This document shows, piece after piece, positions 49,301 to 58,812 of a stretch of DNA of 64,000 nucleotides. The stretch is from the NCBI GenBank assembly GCA_049472315.1, contig JBLIRN010000016.1:1-64000 (forward strand), given 5' to 3'. The notes under the pieces were generated by a model. It was not told where the DNA came from, ran no database searches, and was given only the letters and a program-made list of their open reading frames with translations. Source of the stretch: a bacterium. GTDB lineage: Bacteria > SZUA-182 > DTGQ01 > JAFGSM01. A program made the position numbers and the translations under genes. Each line of letters begins with the position of its first letter. Position 1 is the first letter of the stretch.

Positions 49301-50776
49301 GACGGAGACCTGAATGCCTTTCTGGGGGCGCTTCGGCGGATCTGGGAGGGGAATGCGGATGAAAATTTTTGGGGGCATTTTGCAGTCGAGACCAGGCTCA
49401 CCGGACTGCTCGTGAACCGCCATCTCTATGAGATGCTGGAGGGCATCCCGATGCCTGCCGCAGGAATGGAGCCTGAGGAGGAAAAAACAGAGGAGGAGAA
49501 GACAGAGGAGGAGAAGACAGAGGAGGAGAACTCCGATGCCGAGGAGACATTTGAGGGCTTCCTCAAGGTGGCACAGGAGCGGTTGACCGATTATCTGCTC
49601 GAGGATGATAAAAGGCAGGTGAAAAAAATCATCGCCCGGCTGTTCGAGGAGTTCCAAGGGCGTGAGTTCATTATCCGCAAAAGGATCATCGATATCTGTC
49701 AGTGCACGTTCGACACCATAAACCTCGAAGCGCGCTATCAACTCTGCGCAGTCCTTTCGGATCCGCTTTTGGACACCATTGTGAACGAGAAGGAGAAAGA
49801 GAAGGAGGAGGAGATAATCCTGAAGATTGTCTCCCTGTTAAAGCAGATGTCGGAGATCTTCATCCAGTTTGCCGAATATCAGCCAGCGAGCAGGCTCCTT
49901 GTCCATCTTCATCGATGGGCGCATAAACTTCGCGAATCGGGCGAGGATTGTTATCAGGATCTCTCCAAGATTCTCGATTTCAAACTGGAGCCCCAGGTAC
50001 AGCGGCTTATCGAGGAGGACCTCAAGTCAAGCAATGCATCCAAACAAAAGAAGGCGGTACAACTCCTGGGAAGCCTGGGAGATGCGGCCCTGCCCCTTCT
50101 CATCAATATTGTCAAGAAGGGTGACGAGTACCGGGTGAGGAGGCTCGCCACCAGCCTCCTTGAAAAGATAGGGCCCAAGGCGGGATTGCTCCTCAAGCGC
50201 CAGCTTGTCATCGAGATCAATCCCGAGGAGCGTGTGCGCATACTGGAGGTCATTGACAGTCTTACGCACGATTTGAAGGAGGAGTTACCCTTCCTCCTGG
50301 GTGACAGGAATTCCCGTGTTCAGCAGGCGGCGTTTGAACTCGCCGAACGACTCAACGAGAAGTACGTGGCGGACCTTCTGGTGAAGTGCGCAAAAAACCA
50401 GTCAATGCATCTTGCAACCGCAGCCGTACGATGCCTTGGAAGACTCAAGATACGAGCGACGAGCGGGGAACTCCTCTCCCTGCTGAAATCGGCCAAGAAG
50501 GAGGAAATGATAATCGCCTGTTGTAAGGCCCTTGGGGAATTGCAGGACCCGGGCAGCGTGGAGCCGCTCGCACATCTTCTGGAGCGAAAGAGGCCCTGGG
50601 CATTCTGGAAGAGGAAGAATGACGAGGTGCGCTCAGCCGCAGCAGTAGCACTGGCCCAGTTGTCCGATCCAAAAGGGGATGAAATACTTGCATCCCTTGC
50701 AGAGGACCCGGACCCACGAATCAGGCAGATCGCCAAAAGTGTTGAGGAGAACGACCGGTCATCCCTTCCTTCGTAA
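46391..50776 (+). CDS. Diguanylate cyclase (GGDEF) fused to a STAND-type ATPase, duplicated middle domain and HEAT repeats
   Basis: DELTGLYNRR, DVDHFKEIND.YGH..GD, RYAGDEF; GSPGMGKT, FIDDLH, GNPLF; LYPQGSK/LYPQESK; C-terminal HEAT repeats; start may be 46475. Confidence 0.9.
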   Translation: MKTLYVSNPHALVDEGGCPLAIRQVEEYMEYKEFHYFLEHMGKDPARLIFEDELTGLYNRRYLHHHLQFKIPWNDPEDHPLSLIMIDVDHFKEINDSYGHNMGDEALVWIAHILKEVSGDEAIPVRYAGDEFVVLLPFQDKKAAFEMAERMLRRVQEQPFHSSENDRDMPVTLSMGIATTLMNSQGGKGLIQKADTALYYAKKTGRNRLADADDIDLDQVLTKTAIYHLNEIKITGRKRQLAQVADAFKKFSQWQSQFLIVEGSPGMGKTELLRAISSNLVQQKALQVSVRGFPQEMFRPYYLLTDILISILTQLYDSGPDACIDLNNDERSYLAHILPFLGESKEKVQDKDQRSFREGIFTTLLRFIPKVLNNRPLILFIDDLHYSDEATLLLLRRLILRGEVPLFVCATSTETCESRERQLSLQRFYENNHQELNIVKVTLTPLNEVDVIDHMHGLFADLSPSKDFVQDLMEITQGNPLFLNEILRKLVQDQKIVMAGQKWIMRPLEKGYLPRSLDEIVCEKIAALDKENRELLEHFSAMGEDVSMSSLAGSSGKIENNVLEFIDQAMNQGLISTEFKLNDEMVHFLSKRILQITYGGIEEDRRQEMHERIGTYQETLYNQKLLPSAATLAYHFKRSADQERARKYEQVTSSWNTKIFNATEALGYKDDIADEFPVADEPLDSADMGQMPALLRQLLGTINKIKLYPQGSKSVTKAITQLKEALERITENADILTITLTEENLFVNEQELDIAESKAVARDFIEFLNHLELKGIAFCREVSEQELVTVLEAFCRFKSGIIAPAFWKRFCSENGITHIKLKQVRYTRADDQDADYSEDAGLAMESEDGPQPDLESLSSSFTLNAEDQNLNQAELDQILDVTRSLLRTFKNLRLYPQESKAVSDSVTKLMNALTSLLSTHQTLSFSRIKDTLLVNGIKVEASDFREQMTSLFKFLDEAMIHSLTFIQGLSDGDLNAFLGALRRIWEGNADENFWGHFAVETRLTGLLVNRHLYEMLEGIPMPAAGMEPEEEKTEEEKTEEEKTEEENSDAEETFEGFLKVAQERLTDYLLEDDKRQVKKIIARLFEEFQGREFIIRKRIIDICQCTFDTINLEARYQLCAVLSDPLLDTIVNEKEKEKEEEIILKIVSLLKQMSEIFIQFAEYQPASRLLVHLHRWAHKLRESGEDCYQDLSKILDFKLEPQVQRLIEEDLKSSNASKQKKAVQLLGSLGDAALPLLINIVKKGDEYRVRRLATSLLEKIGPKAGLLLKRQLVIEINPEERVRILEVIDSLTHDLKEELPFLLGDRNSRVQQAAFELAERLNEKYVADLLVKCAKNQSMHLATAAVRCLGRLKIRATSGELLSLLKSAKKEEMIIACCKALGELQDPGSVEPLAHLLERKRPWAFWKRKNDEVRSAAAVALAQLSDPKGDEILASLAEDPDPRIRQIAKSVEENDRSSLPS
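49475..49531 (+). repeat. 15-bp coding tandem repeat (EEEKT)x3+
   Basis: gaggaggaaaaaaca gaggaggagaagaca gaggaggagaagaca gaggaggagaac. Confidence 0.9.
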
Positions 50777-50800
50777 TCACCCCACATCGCCTTTTATTGG

Positions 50801-51280
50801 TCACGGCGCCACCCGTTCGTATGACCGTGGTTTCCATAACCGTTCTCTCTCTATGATATGTTCAACCTCCCATCCGCGCCTGATCAGTCCCTTCCCTATA
50901 TGCCATCGGTGACACTTCCAGGGGAATCGCTCGGCGCACATGATGGCTATCCGGTCAAATAGGGCGAAGTCTTCAATTTTTTCAATCCCTTTTCGAAAAC
51001 CTTCGGTCGAGACATAGGATTCGTATCCCCCCTTGCGATACCCGCCCAGTTCTTTTCCCATGAACACATACCCGATCATTTGCGCGGCGAGCATCCTGGC
51101 GAGATTTTCCTTCCTGAACCAGCGGAAGGTGCTGGTTGGAAATCGCCGTACATCGATGATAATGGTGATCCCGTTGGCCACCAAAAGCTCCAGGAATTCA
51201 TCACCGCCTCTGTTGCTCGTGCCGACGGTATAGACCGTTCCGGCAACCAATGATATGCCCTGGTCACGTATCCCGTGCAT
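50801..51280 (-). CDS. DUF488 family protein
   Basis: YTVGTSNR, DVRRFP.S, ELGG, MCAE...CHR. Confidence 0.85.
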   Translation of the reverse strand: MHGIRDQGISLVAGTVYTVGTSNRGGDEFLELLVANGITIIIDVRRFPTSTFRWFRKENLARMLAAQMIGYVFMGKELGGYRKGGYESYVSTEGFRKGIEKIEDFALFDRIAIMCAERFPWKCHRWHIGKGLIRRGWEVEHIIERERLWKPRSYERVAP

Positions 51281-51793
51281 CTCCCCCCCGTTTAATCTTC
51301 AGGATCCGGTTCCCATGCCTCGACTGGAACAGCCGGCATCCCTGCCATAAAGACGTTGCCGAGCATGAAAAAGGTATGCCCGGATTGAGCGGTTTGTTCC
51401 TTCGATTATCTTTGGTTGGAACGAAGCGGGATGGACATATTTAAAAGGGCCGGCCTTTCAGGGGTGTGATTGTTCATGATTCCGATGTCCTTACATTCAG
51501 GGATTTTTGACGATACAATAATTAGATGGAGGGGAAACAGCAAACCCGGAATGCGGTCAAAATTTATTCCTGTATAAATTTTGGGGTGTTTTTCCGTCTA
51601 CTCTTTAGAGGAGTTATATCTTGTTGCCGTACCCCGCTCGTCGATCACCTGCACCGCTTCTGACAACAGGGCGCATGGGGAGGCACCCCTCCCGAGGTTG
51701 ACCGGTTGCGGAATCTTCATTATGATCGCGCGGCATCGAGAGGGGACGAAGCTCACAATTGCTCATAATTTGGAATAACGGCAGATGCGTATT

Positions 51794-51832
51794 ATATTAT
51801 AGATATCTTTCATATTACAGATATCTTTCATA
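51794..51832. repeat. 18-bp direct tandem repeat upstream of the ClpX-like gene
   Basis: atattatagatatctttc atattacagatatctttc ata. Confidence 0.85.
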
Positions 51833-51855
51833 CGTTGGGGGGATTTTGAGAAACC

Positions 51856-53601
51856 ATGGAAAAAGACATTGACATAAAAGAAATTCAAAAGGATATCAAC
51901 GACTACCTGTCTAAAAAGTATGGCAAGAGGGTGCAGTTTGCAGGATTCAGCCCTTTTCCCGAGCAATCCGCGAATAAGGGCCAGGCGGAGGGAAAAGAGC
52001 AGCGAAGTGAGCCAGCCTCCATCAGTTTTGATATGAAGCCGGAGGAGTTGAAGTCATATCTGGACGAGTATATGGTGAAACAGGAGGATGCCAAGGAGGT
52101 CCTGGCCACTAAGGTGTGCACCCATTTCAACCGCATCAAGAAGTTCGAATTGAACCGCAGGAATTGCCGGCACGAGAATCAGGGCGAAATAAAGAACAAC
52201 ATCATCATGATAGGGCCTACCGGGGTCGGCAAGACCTACCTGGTTAAGCTTATTGCGCGCAAGATCGGCGTGCCTTTCGTCAAGGGGGATGCCACGAAAT
52301 TCAGCGAGACAGGCTATGTCGGCGGTGATGTGGAGGATTTGGTCCGTGATCTTGTGTATGAGGCGAACGGGAACATTGACCTTGCCCAGTACGGCATCAT
52401 CTACCTGGACGAGGTGGACAAGATCGCCTCTTCCCAAAACCTTGTCGGACCCGATGTGTCCCGCTCGGGCGTTCAAAGGGCGCTTCTCAAACCCATGGAG
52501 GAAACCGACGTAGAGCTGAAGGTCCCGCATGATCCGATCTCTCAAATGGAGGCCATCATGGAATTCCAGAGGACCGGAAAACGGGAGAAGAAGCGGATCA
52601 ATACCAAGAATATCCTCTTCATCATGAGCGGATCGTTCAACGGGCTTGAAGAGATCATCAAGAAGAGGTTCAATACGCAAGGTATCGGGTTCGGGGCTGA
52701 GATAAAGGGTAAGGAAGACCGGATCGGATACCTCAAACAGGTAAAGGCGGAAGACCTGATCGAATTCGGCTTCGAATCGGAGTTTGTAGGTAGATTGCCG
52801 GTCGTCACCGTGTTCGAACACCTGGAGGTCGAGGATCTGTACAACATCCTTCGGAATCCGAAGAGCCCGATTATTATCGGCAAGAAGCGGGATTTTAAGG
52901 CGTACGGCATCGACCTGCAGTTCGAAGATGAAGCGCTCCATAAGATTGCCGAGAATGCCCACAGGGAACGAACCGGTGCGCGCGGTCTCAACAGTGCCGT
53001 TGAACGTGTATTGTTGAAATTCGAGCATATCCTCCCCTCGACGAATATTCACTATCTCGCAGTCACTCCCGCAATGGTGGATAACCCGGAGAGTGAACTG
53101 AGGGAGCTCCTGGATCATCCGGACACCCCTGAGAGGGAGACACACTTCAAACGCCTGATGATTGACGAGGAGAGGAATCTCGAGCGATCCATTTTGAAGA
53201 GGGAGACCGAACTGCAGGAGCGTTATGGGCTCTTTTTCTCCGACCGGCGTATCAAGCTCATCACCACCCGTACCGTTGAGGAACGGGTGGATGTGGACAC
53301 CGTGATCGAGGAAATTCTGGTCATCCACAACGAGATTCTGGAATTTGCCCAGATGTTTTCAAGCCGCAATGACATAAAGATCTCGTTCACCGAAGAGGCC
53401 ATCGATCGGCTGGTCGAAAAGGTGTGGAGAGAGGGGGTCGATTCCGGAACCTTCCTTCAGAGATCATTTCAAAACTATGAGCACGGTCTGAAACTGATCA
53501 AGGAAAAGACCGGAAAGCGGAAATATACCATCCCGGCCGAGGGGATCGAGAATCCCGAGAATTACATGAACGAACTGATTCGTGATACGTACAAGAACTG
53601 A
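51856..53601 (+). CDS. ClpX-like AAA+ unfoldase without zinc-binding domain, with C-terminal extension
   Basis: GPTGVGKT, DATKFSETGYVGGDVE, YLDEVDKI, DVSRSGVQRALL, IGF loop, EFVGRLP, TGARGL. Confidence 0.85.
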   Translation: MEKDIDIKEIQKDINDYLSKKYGKRVQFAGFSPFPEQSANKGQAEGKEQRSEPASISFDMKPEELKSYLDEYMVKQEDAKEVLATKVCTHFNRIKKFELNRRNCRHENQGEIKNNIIMIGPTGVGKTYLVKLIARKIGVPFVKGDATKFSETGYVGGDVEDLVRDLVYEANGNIDLAQYGIIYLDEVDKIASSQNLVGPDVSRSGVQRALLKPMEETDVELKVPHDPISQMEAIMEFQRTGKREKKRINTKNILFIMSGSFNGLEEIIKKRFNTQGIGFGAEIKGKEDRIGYLKQVKAEDLIEFGFESEFVGRLPVVTVFEHLEVEDLYNILRNPKSPIIIGKKRDFKAYGIDLQFEDEALHKIAENAHRERTGARGLNSAVERVLLKFEHILPSTNIHYLAVTPAMVDNPESELRELLDHPDTPERETHFKRLMIDEERNLERSILKRETELQERYGLFFSDRRIKLITTRTVEERVDVDTVIEEILVIHNEILEFAQMFSSRNDIKISFTEEAIDRLVEKVWREGVDSGTFLQRSFQNYEHGLKLIKEKTGKRKYTIPAEGIENPENYMNELIRDTYKN

Positions 53602-53928
53602 CGATGGACGATCATGTCCGACCCGTTTCCCATGAAGGGGGCATTTCCTGATTGATGGTGTTGCCTCGGCCTGCACCTTGATGCACTATTTTGTGGTACA
53701 TGCGCATCCCTTTTCCCGTATTTTTGTATGGTGCAACGGCCGTATCCGGGTAGGGAACGGCCGCAGCTCATGAGCCACGAGAAATCCCGCCGCAGAACCA
53801 ATGCCTGCCGTATCCTGCGATCAACTGCCTGAGTTCGCCGTTTCCCTTTCCTGTGACCGGAACCATCCCATGAATAATAGTAAGGATATGCCGCCTTGAT
53901 GCGAGCATCCTTGCTGATCAGCATAACG

Positions 53929-53944
53929 TGGCACAGTAAATGCT
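53929..53944 (+). promoter_or_regulatory. Candidate sigma54 promoter upstream of the ECF sigma gene
   Basis: TGGCACAGTAAATGCT, GG-N10-GC. Confidence 0.5.
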
Positions 53945-54133
53945 TTTTAAAAATTTCCAAGGTGGGGATTGCTCTGTTCCCTCTATCCAACACGACTGCC
54001 TTACTATATCGTTCTTTTATAGAGCCCCTTCGTTCCCTTTGTTTTTGGGTGGCATTTTTTATTCATGCAGGATAGGAAAAGGTGATGTTGAGTTATGGTG
54101 CAACGGAAGAAAGGATAAAGGTATAGGTGAATC

Positions 54134-54766
54134 ATGGGCACGGAAAAGGATTTTTGTGAGCTGCTGCAAAGGTGCAGAGCAAGGGATAAAGATGCCTGGG
54201 AGGTCTTTATCGGGCATTACGGCCGCATCATTTATCACTATATCACCAAGACCATGAAGCGATACCTCTATACGTTTAACGAGGACGATCTGGACGACAT
54301 TTTTAACAATGTATTCCTGGCGCTTCTGAGTGAAAATTGTAAGAAATTAAAGGAATTTCGTGGAGGCAATGAGCGCTCGTTCCTTGCCTATTTGAGGGTG
54401 ATCATCTTCCACATTGCCGTTGATTATCTGAGGGAGAAAAAGACCTTCATCGAGCTCGAAAGGATTCAGCATCTCGATCTGGCCTCGGGGATCTCCGCAA
54501 AGATGGATCGCAGGGATCTCAGGGAGATGATTCTCATTCTGAAGGAGAGTCTTCCGGCGCGATACAACCTGCTCTTCAGGTTGATCTATGAAGAGGGGTT
54601 CAATTTTTCCGAGGTTGCGGACATCATGAATATGAAGGTCAATGCGGTCCATCAATTGAAATACCGCATGGTGTGCAAGATACGTCAAATCGCGTTGAAG
54701 AAGGATCTCTATGCGGATCTTCAGCTCATGGTCGGAGGCATTCCCTATACGCTCCGGTATCAATGA
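54134..54766 (+). CDS. ECF-type sigma70 family factor
   Basis: DAWEVFI..Y, DDIFNNVF, YLRVI....VDYLR (region 2); LP.RY..L..L.Y.EG.NFSEVA (region 4). Confidence 0.85.
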   Translation: MGTEKDFCELLQRCRARDKDAWEVFIGHYGRIIYHYITKTMKRYLYTFNEDDLDDIFNNVFLALLSENCKKLKEFRGGNERSFLAYLRVIIFHIAVDYLREKKTFIELERIQHLDLASGISAKMDRRDLREMILILKESLPARYNLLFRLIYEEGFNFSEVADIMNMKVNAVHQLKYRMVCKIRQIALKKDLYADLQLMVGGIPYTLRYQ

Positions 54767-54862
54767 CATCAACGATCGCCGGGCAGGCCCCCTTATACCA
54801 CCCGGACAGGCTGCTTCGCACGAAACACATTCGTGGGAAGCGGCAAAGCGACAGGACAGCCA

Positions 54863-55924
54863 TTATTGCATCTGCTGTTGTTCCGGCTGAAACCCCTCTG
54901 CATAGACGATATTCGCCTTATTGCGGAGCGTCGTCAGGTAATCGGTGATCGCCTGATTCCTCTTTTGCTGCTTTAAAAGGGTCTCAATCTTCCCGCGGAC
55001 CTCTTTTAAGGGCTGCTGGCTGCTCTCCTCACGTTTGGTAAGCTTTATAAGATGGTATCCGAAATCCGTCTCCACGATCCCGCTCACCTCACCCACCTTT
55101 AATTGGAAGGCGGCATCCTCGAAGGGCTTGACCATTCTTCCCCGCTCGAAGAATCCCAGGTCTCCGCCCCGTGATTTGCTCGGGCAATCGGAGTGCTCGC
55201 GGGCCAATTGAGAGAAATCCGCCCCCTTTTTCAATTCCTCCGCCAGGTTGGCAAGTTGCTGACGTTTCTGTTCCCTGGCCTCGGGCCCGTCGTTCGGATC
55301 GACCGCAATAAGGATGTGGCTTGCCTTGATTCGCTCGGGTGTCTGAAAGCTCTCGGAATTATCCCTGTAGAATTCCTGAACGGCCTGGTCATCAATAACC
55401 GATGCTGACTCCGTGTGTTGCTCAAGGAGGGCATTGATGCGCAGGCTCTCTTCTATCTGTGAACGCAGTGTTTCCTCCGAGAGCCCCATGGCAGCCAGTT
55501 GCTCCTGGAATTTTTCAGGGGTGGCAAATCGGCCGGAAATCTGGCTGAGGTGCGCCGCCACATCCTGGGCATCGGCAGCGATGTTTTCCCTTTCCGACTC
55601 CTCGACCAGGAGCTTGAAATTTATAATATTTTCAAGCGCCTGCTTCCACACCTGCGGCCCGATCTGATCCAACTGTTCAGGAGGAACCCTCCCCTGCAGT
55701 TGCTGAAGGAGCTTGCCCTGTTCCTCGTCGACATTGATGCGCGTGATGACGCTGCTATTTACACGAGCAATGATATCGTTGGGATCCGTGGTCTCGGTCT
55801 CGGATAGGGGTCTTGATCGCGCCGTGTCTTCAGGTGTCATGCCGGTTTTCTCCCCTCTTTGGCAGCACAATATCATAGCGCCGCAGACACATAAGGTGAC
55901 AATATACAACAGTACCCTTTTCAT
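54863..55924 (-). CDS. SurA/PrsA-type parvulin peptidyl-prolyl isomerase
   Basis: Signal peptide with Cys, SurA-N region, ASHILI, SKSRGGDLG, MVKPFE, TDFGYHLIK. Confidence 0.92.
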   Translation of the reverse strand: MKRVLLYIVTLCVCGAMILCCQRGEKTGMTPEDTARSRPLSETETTDPNDIIARVNSSVITRINVDEEQGKLLQQLQGRVPPEQLDQIGPQVWKQALENIINFKLLVEESERENIAADAQDVAAHLSQISGRFATPEKFQEQLAAMGLSEETLRSQIEESLRINALLEQHTESASVIDDQAVQEFYRDNSESFQTPERIKASHILIAVDPNDGPEAREQKRQQLANLAEELKKGADFSQLAREHSDCPSKSRGGDLGFFERGRMVKPFEDAAFQLKVGEVSGIVETDFGYHLIKLTKREESSQQPLKEVRGKIETLLKQQKRNQAITDYLTTLRNKANIVYAEGFQPEQQQMQ

Positions 55925-56189
55925 GATGTTTCCTCCAAAATAAAAAAGTCACCAGCATGTTTCAAAAACCGGTGACTCGATTGATGATATCCCTCTCTAA
56001 ATCGATGCCTCAAAGAGCATGATCATGGTTTTTGAACGTTGTCCATAATTGTTTATCACCTCATGGATGCAAAGTCAAATCGTGGCTGCGTCATCCTCGG
56101 TGGAGACCCTTGTTTTGTTTTTCGGAATGGATTACCGTATACTACATGGGCATTCATTGAAACGAGCAAGCGAGAAAGGAGCAACGACC

Positions 56190-57074
56190 ATGAACCATTT
56201 CCACACCAGGTTTGGTGCATGCATCGCAGTCGTGGCATGTGTCCTGTGCGCATTCTTATTTGTTCCCCGGTACGCCTCCGCACGAGTCGAATGGGAGCTG
56301 CTGAGGCAGGTCAATCTCAACGATACCCCCTATGATATCGCCCTTTCCAAGGACGGCTCCACCGCCTATATCCTCTGCAGCAAGAGCGTCCTTGTCTATG
56401 CAATCGGTGCGAATAAAATCACCGATACCATTCCCATGACCGGGCAGTTTTCCCACATCGCCCTGTCCGAGGATGGGGAGACCCTCTTTCTCACGGACAA
56501 TGACGCGAAGCGTCTGTCGCTGATCCGGGTGGAGAATATATTCGATATCGATGCCGGGGCATCCCCGGTCATCGGCAAAAAGGACGCCCCGGTGAGCGTG
56601 GTGGCGTTCTTTGACTATCAATGCCCTTATTGCGCCAAGGTGTACCCGACCCTCGAGCAGTTGCTCGCAAAATATCCGGAGCAGGTGAACCTCGTCATCA
56701 AGCACTTCCCCCTCAGGATGCATCCCCATGCGGAGAAGGCGTCCCTGGCCGCCCTGGCCGCATCGAGGCAGGATAAATACCAGGCGGTCACCAAGGCCTT
56801 TTTCGACAATTTTCGCAACCTCAATGAGACGACCATCAAACAGTACGCGGAGGAGTCGGGGGTTGACATGAAGGCGTTCCAGGAGGCGCTTGACGATCCT
56901 TCGCTGAAAAAGGTCGTCAGTGAGGACATCTCCCTGGGTGCACGGCTCAAGGTCCGGGGCGTGCCCACCCTTTTCATAAACGGCCGCCGGGTCAAGGACC
57001 GCTCCCTGGACGGCCTCTCATTCATGGTGGAGACCGAACTCAAGCAGGATGTTCCTGTGAATCCTTCTGAATGA
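56190..57074 (+). CDS. DsbA/thioredoxin-fold protein with N-terminal beta-propeller-like segment
   Basis: Signal peptide; DIALSKDG/HIALSEDG blades; DYQCPYC, HFPL..H, GVPTLFING. Confidence 0.88.
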   Translation: MNHFHTRFGACIAVVACVLCAFLFVPRYASARVEWELLRQVNLNDTPYDIALSKDGSTAYILCSKSVLVYAIGANKITDTIPMTGQFSHIALSEDGETLFLTDNDAKRLSLIRVENIFDIDAGASPVIGKKDAPVSVVAFFDYQCPYCAKVYPTLEQLLAKYPEQVNLVIKHFPLRMHPHAEKASLAALAASRQDKYQAVTKAFFDNFRNLNETTIKQYAEESGVDMKAFQEALDDPSLKKVVSEDISLGARLKVRGVPTLFINGRRVKDRSLDGLSFMVETELKQDVPVNPSE

Positions 57075-57468
57075 GGGAATGGGCCCACTCGATGATCGAC
57101 AGAAATCTCTCGGGAGATAGGCTGAGGATCTCATCATGGGACAGCCAGCGGTATTCGTGGTGTTCGGGCATCCCCAATTCGGGATTGATCGAGAAGGTCA
57201 CCCGTGATGTACGCGTTTCTGCGATATAGAAGCGCGCGACCTTGTCCCCTGCGTAGGGTGCCGTTTCCTTGAACACCTCGCCCCACCGGAAGTCCAGATC
57301 CGTGATGCCGGTCTCTTCCCGGACCTCCCTGATCGCCGCCTGCAAGGGCTCTTCGGAGGGCTCCACGATCCCCTTGGGAAAATCCCAGTTTCGATAGGCC
57401 CTGAGAAACAGATACCTCCACCCATCCCTTTCCCTGCGGACAATCACCACCCCTGCGGAGAGCCTCAT
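57040..57468 (-). CDS. Nudix hydrolase (Ap4A hydrolase-like)
   Basis: WDFPKG and Nudix box AAIREVREETG; EHHEYRW. Confidence 0.9.
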   Translation of the reverse strand: MRLSAGVVIVRRERDGWRYLFLRAYRNWDFPKGIVEPSEEPLQAAIREVREETGITDLDFRWGEVFKETAPYAGDKVARFYIAETRTSRVTFSINPELGMPEHHEYRWLSHDEILSLSPERFLSIIEWAHSLIQKDSQEHPA

Positions 57469-57568
57469 CGATCAGTGCCCCATGGGGCCGATCGACGGCC
57501 CCCATCCGCGGATTTCGGTATCACCGGATGCACGGTATGCACGGCAACGTCCTTGCGGGGTATATGTT

Positions 57569-58543
57569 TTAAGGGACAATTCTCCTCCCCTTGGCCGTAT
57601 CGTTCGGGGTGTCCTCGAAAAGCTCGATCACATGGTAGACGCACGCAATACGCTCACCCGGTCCGCTGTGGATGAAGTCATGCACCGCGTTGGTGTAGGC
57701 GACAAGATCCCTCTCGTGCGGGGAAAGCCCCGTATTGTTGGGATGCAGAAGCTGGGGCACCGCCCGTATCTCGAAGGTGGGAAAGGCCAGAAAGGAGGCG
57801 GAGGTGATCGGGTTTGCCATCATGTTGAGGAAGGTGTGGGTGTGGAAATCGCGCTCGGTGAAAAGCTCCAGGGATACCTGCTTCGTGCGGTCAAAGCTCG
57901 CCGTGTCCTGGTAAAACCGGGTGAGGAAGATCACCTTTTCATGCATCATCCTGAAGGGGGCGCTGCGATAGTCCCGTTCGATCCGCAGCTTCTCCTCCTT
58001 AATCCTCCGGGTGGTTTCTGCGAGTATCTCTGCACGCACGGTGAATCCCATCCCCTTGTATGCCGTATTGAGGGACACGGCCGAATCCCGGGACGGCCCG
58101 CCGTAGGTGGCAACACAGGCGTTGTGGGAACCAGCGAGATCCCGCGGGTCCATTCCCCCGGCCCTCACCATTCTCCCCAGGCGGGCCACGCGCTGCTGGA
58201 GGCTCCAGTCCATGAATCGATCGGGCAGTTCCACCACCCTGAATTCCCGCCAGGTGCCCTCGATGCGGGCCCTGATCACCCCCTTGGGGAGCCTTCCGGC
58301 ATCCACTGCCTCGTGGACGAAAAAACCCTCCTTATCCCACCAGGAGTCTGGGTCGGAGGAAACAGTGCCGGCAGCCTGGGACGCCCCCTCTGGATTCGCC
58401 TCCCTTCCGGTGCAGCCGGCTGCGAATGCGCCGAAAGCGGCAAGGGCCTTTGAGGAGCCCCGGAGAAAGCCCCTCCGGTTGATGGGTTTATCCAGCCTTT
58501 CCATCATCATGTCTCGATACCACTCATGATACTTCGATCGCAC
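57569..58543 (-). CDS. Tat-exported (lipo)protein of unknown function
   Basis: NRRGFL twin-arginine motif and AAGC lipobox; start uncertain. Confidence 0.7.
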   Translation of the reverse strand: MRSKYHEWYRDMMMERLDKPINRRGFLRGSSKALAAFGAFAAGCTGREANPEGASQAAGTVSSDPDSWWDKEGFFVHEAVDAGRLPKGVIRARIEGTWREFRVVELPDRFMDWSLQQRVARLGRMVRAGGMDPRDLAGSHNACVATYGGPSRDSAVSLNTAYKGMGFTVRAEILAETTRRIKEEKLRIERDYRSAPFRMMHEKVIFLTRFYQDTASFDRTKQVSLELFTERDFHTHTFLNMMANPITSASFLAFPTFEIRAVPQLLHPNNTGLSPHERDLVAYTNAVHDFIHSGPGERIACVYHVIELFEDTPNDTAKGRRIVP

Positions 58544-58590
58544 CAGCGAAGGAAGGTCCCTCTGTTTCCGAACGATTCTAGGCTGCGCAC

Positions 58591-58812
58591 TTATTTAATT
58601 TTATCCAATATTTCATCTGAAGGAATAAATTCCACTTTGTGTTGTTTCTCCTTACGCTCAAAGTCATCAATTATTTGAGAGTCAATAACATCTTCATACA
58701 GGTTTCTTATGGAATGCTTGATGAGCGATGACTTATCCTCATTAAAATATTCTGATAATCGTTTCAATATTTTTTCTTCATTAGTATTTAATCGAACAGA
58801 AATTACACTCAT
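58591..58812 (-). CDS. RHH antitoxin-like protein (DUF6290-like)
   Basis: MSVISVRLN.NEE...KSSLIKHSI..LYED.ID; ATGA overlap with the toxin stop. Confidence 0.8.
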   Translation of the reverse strand: MSVISVRLNTNEEKILKRLSEYFNEDKSSLIKHSIRNLYEDVIDSQIIDDFERKEKQHKVEFIPSDEILDKIK

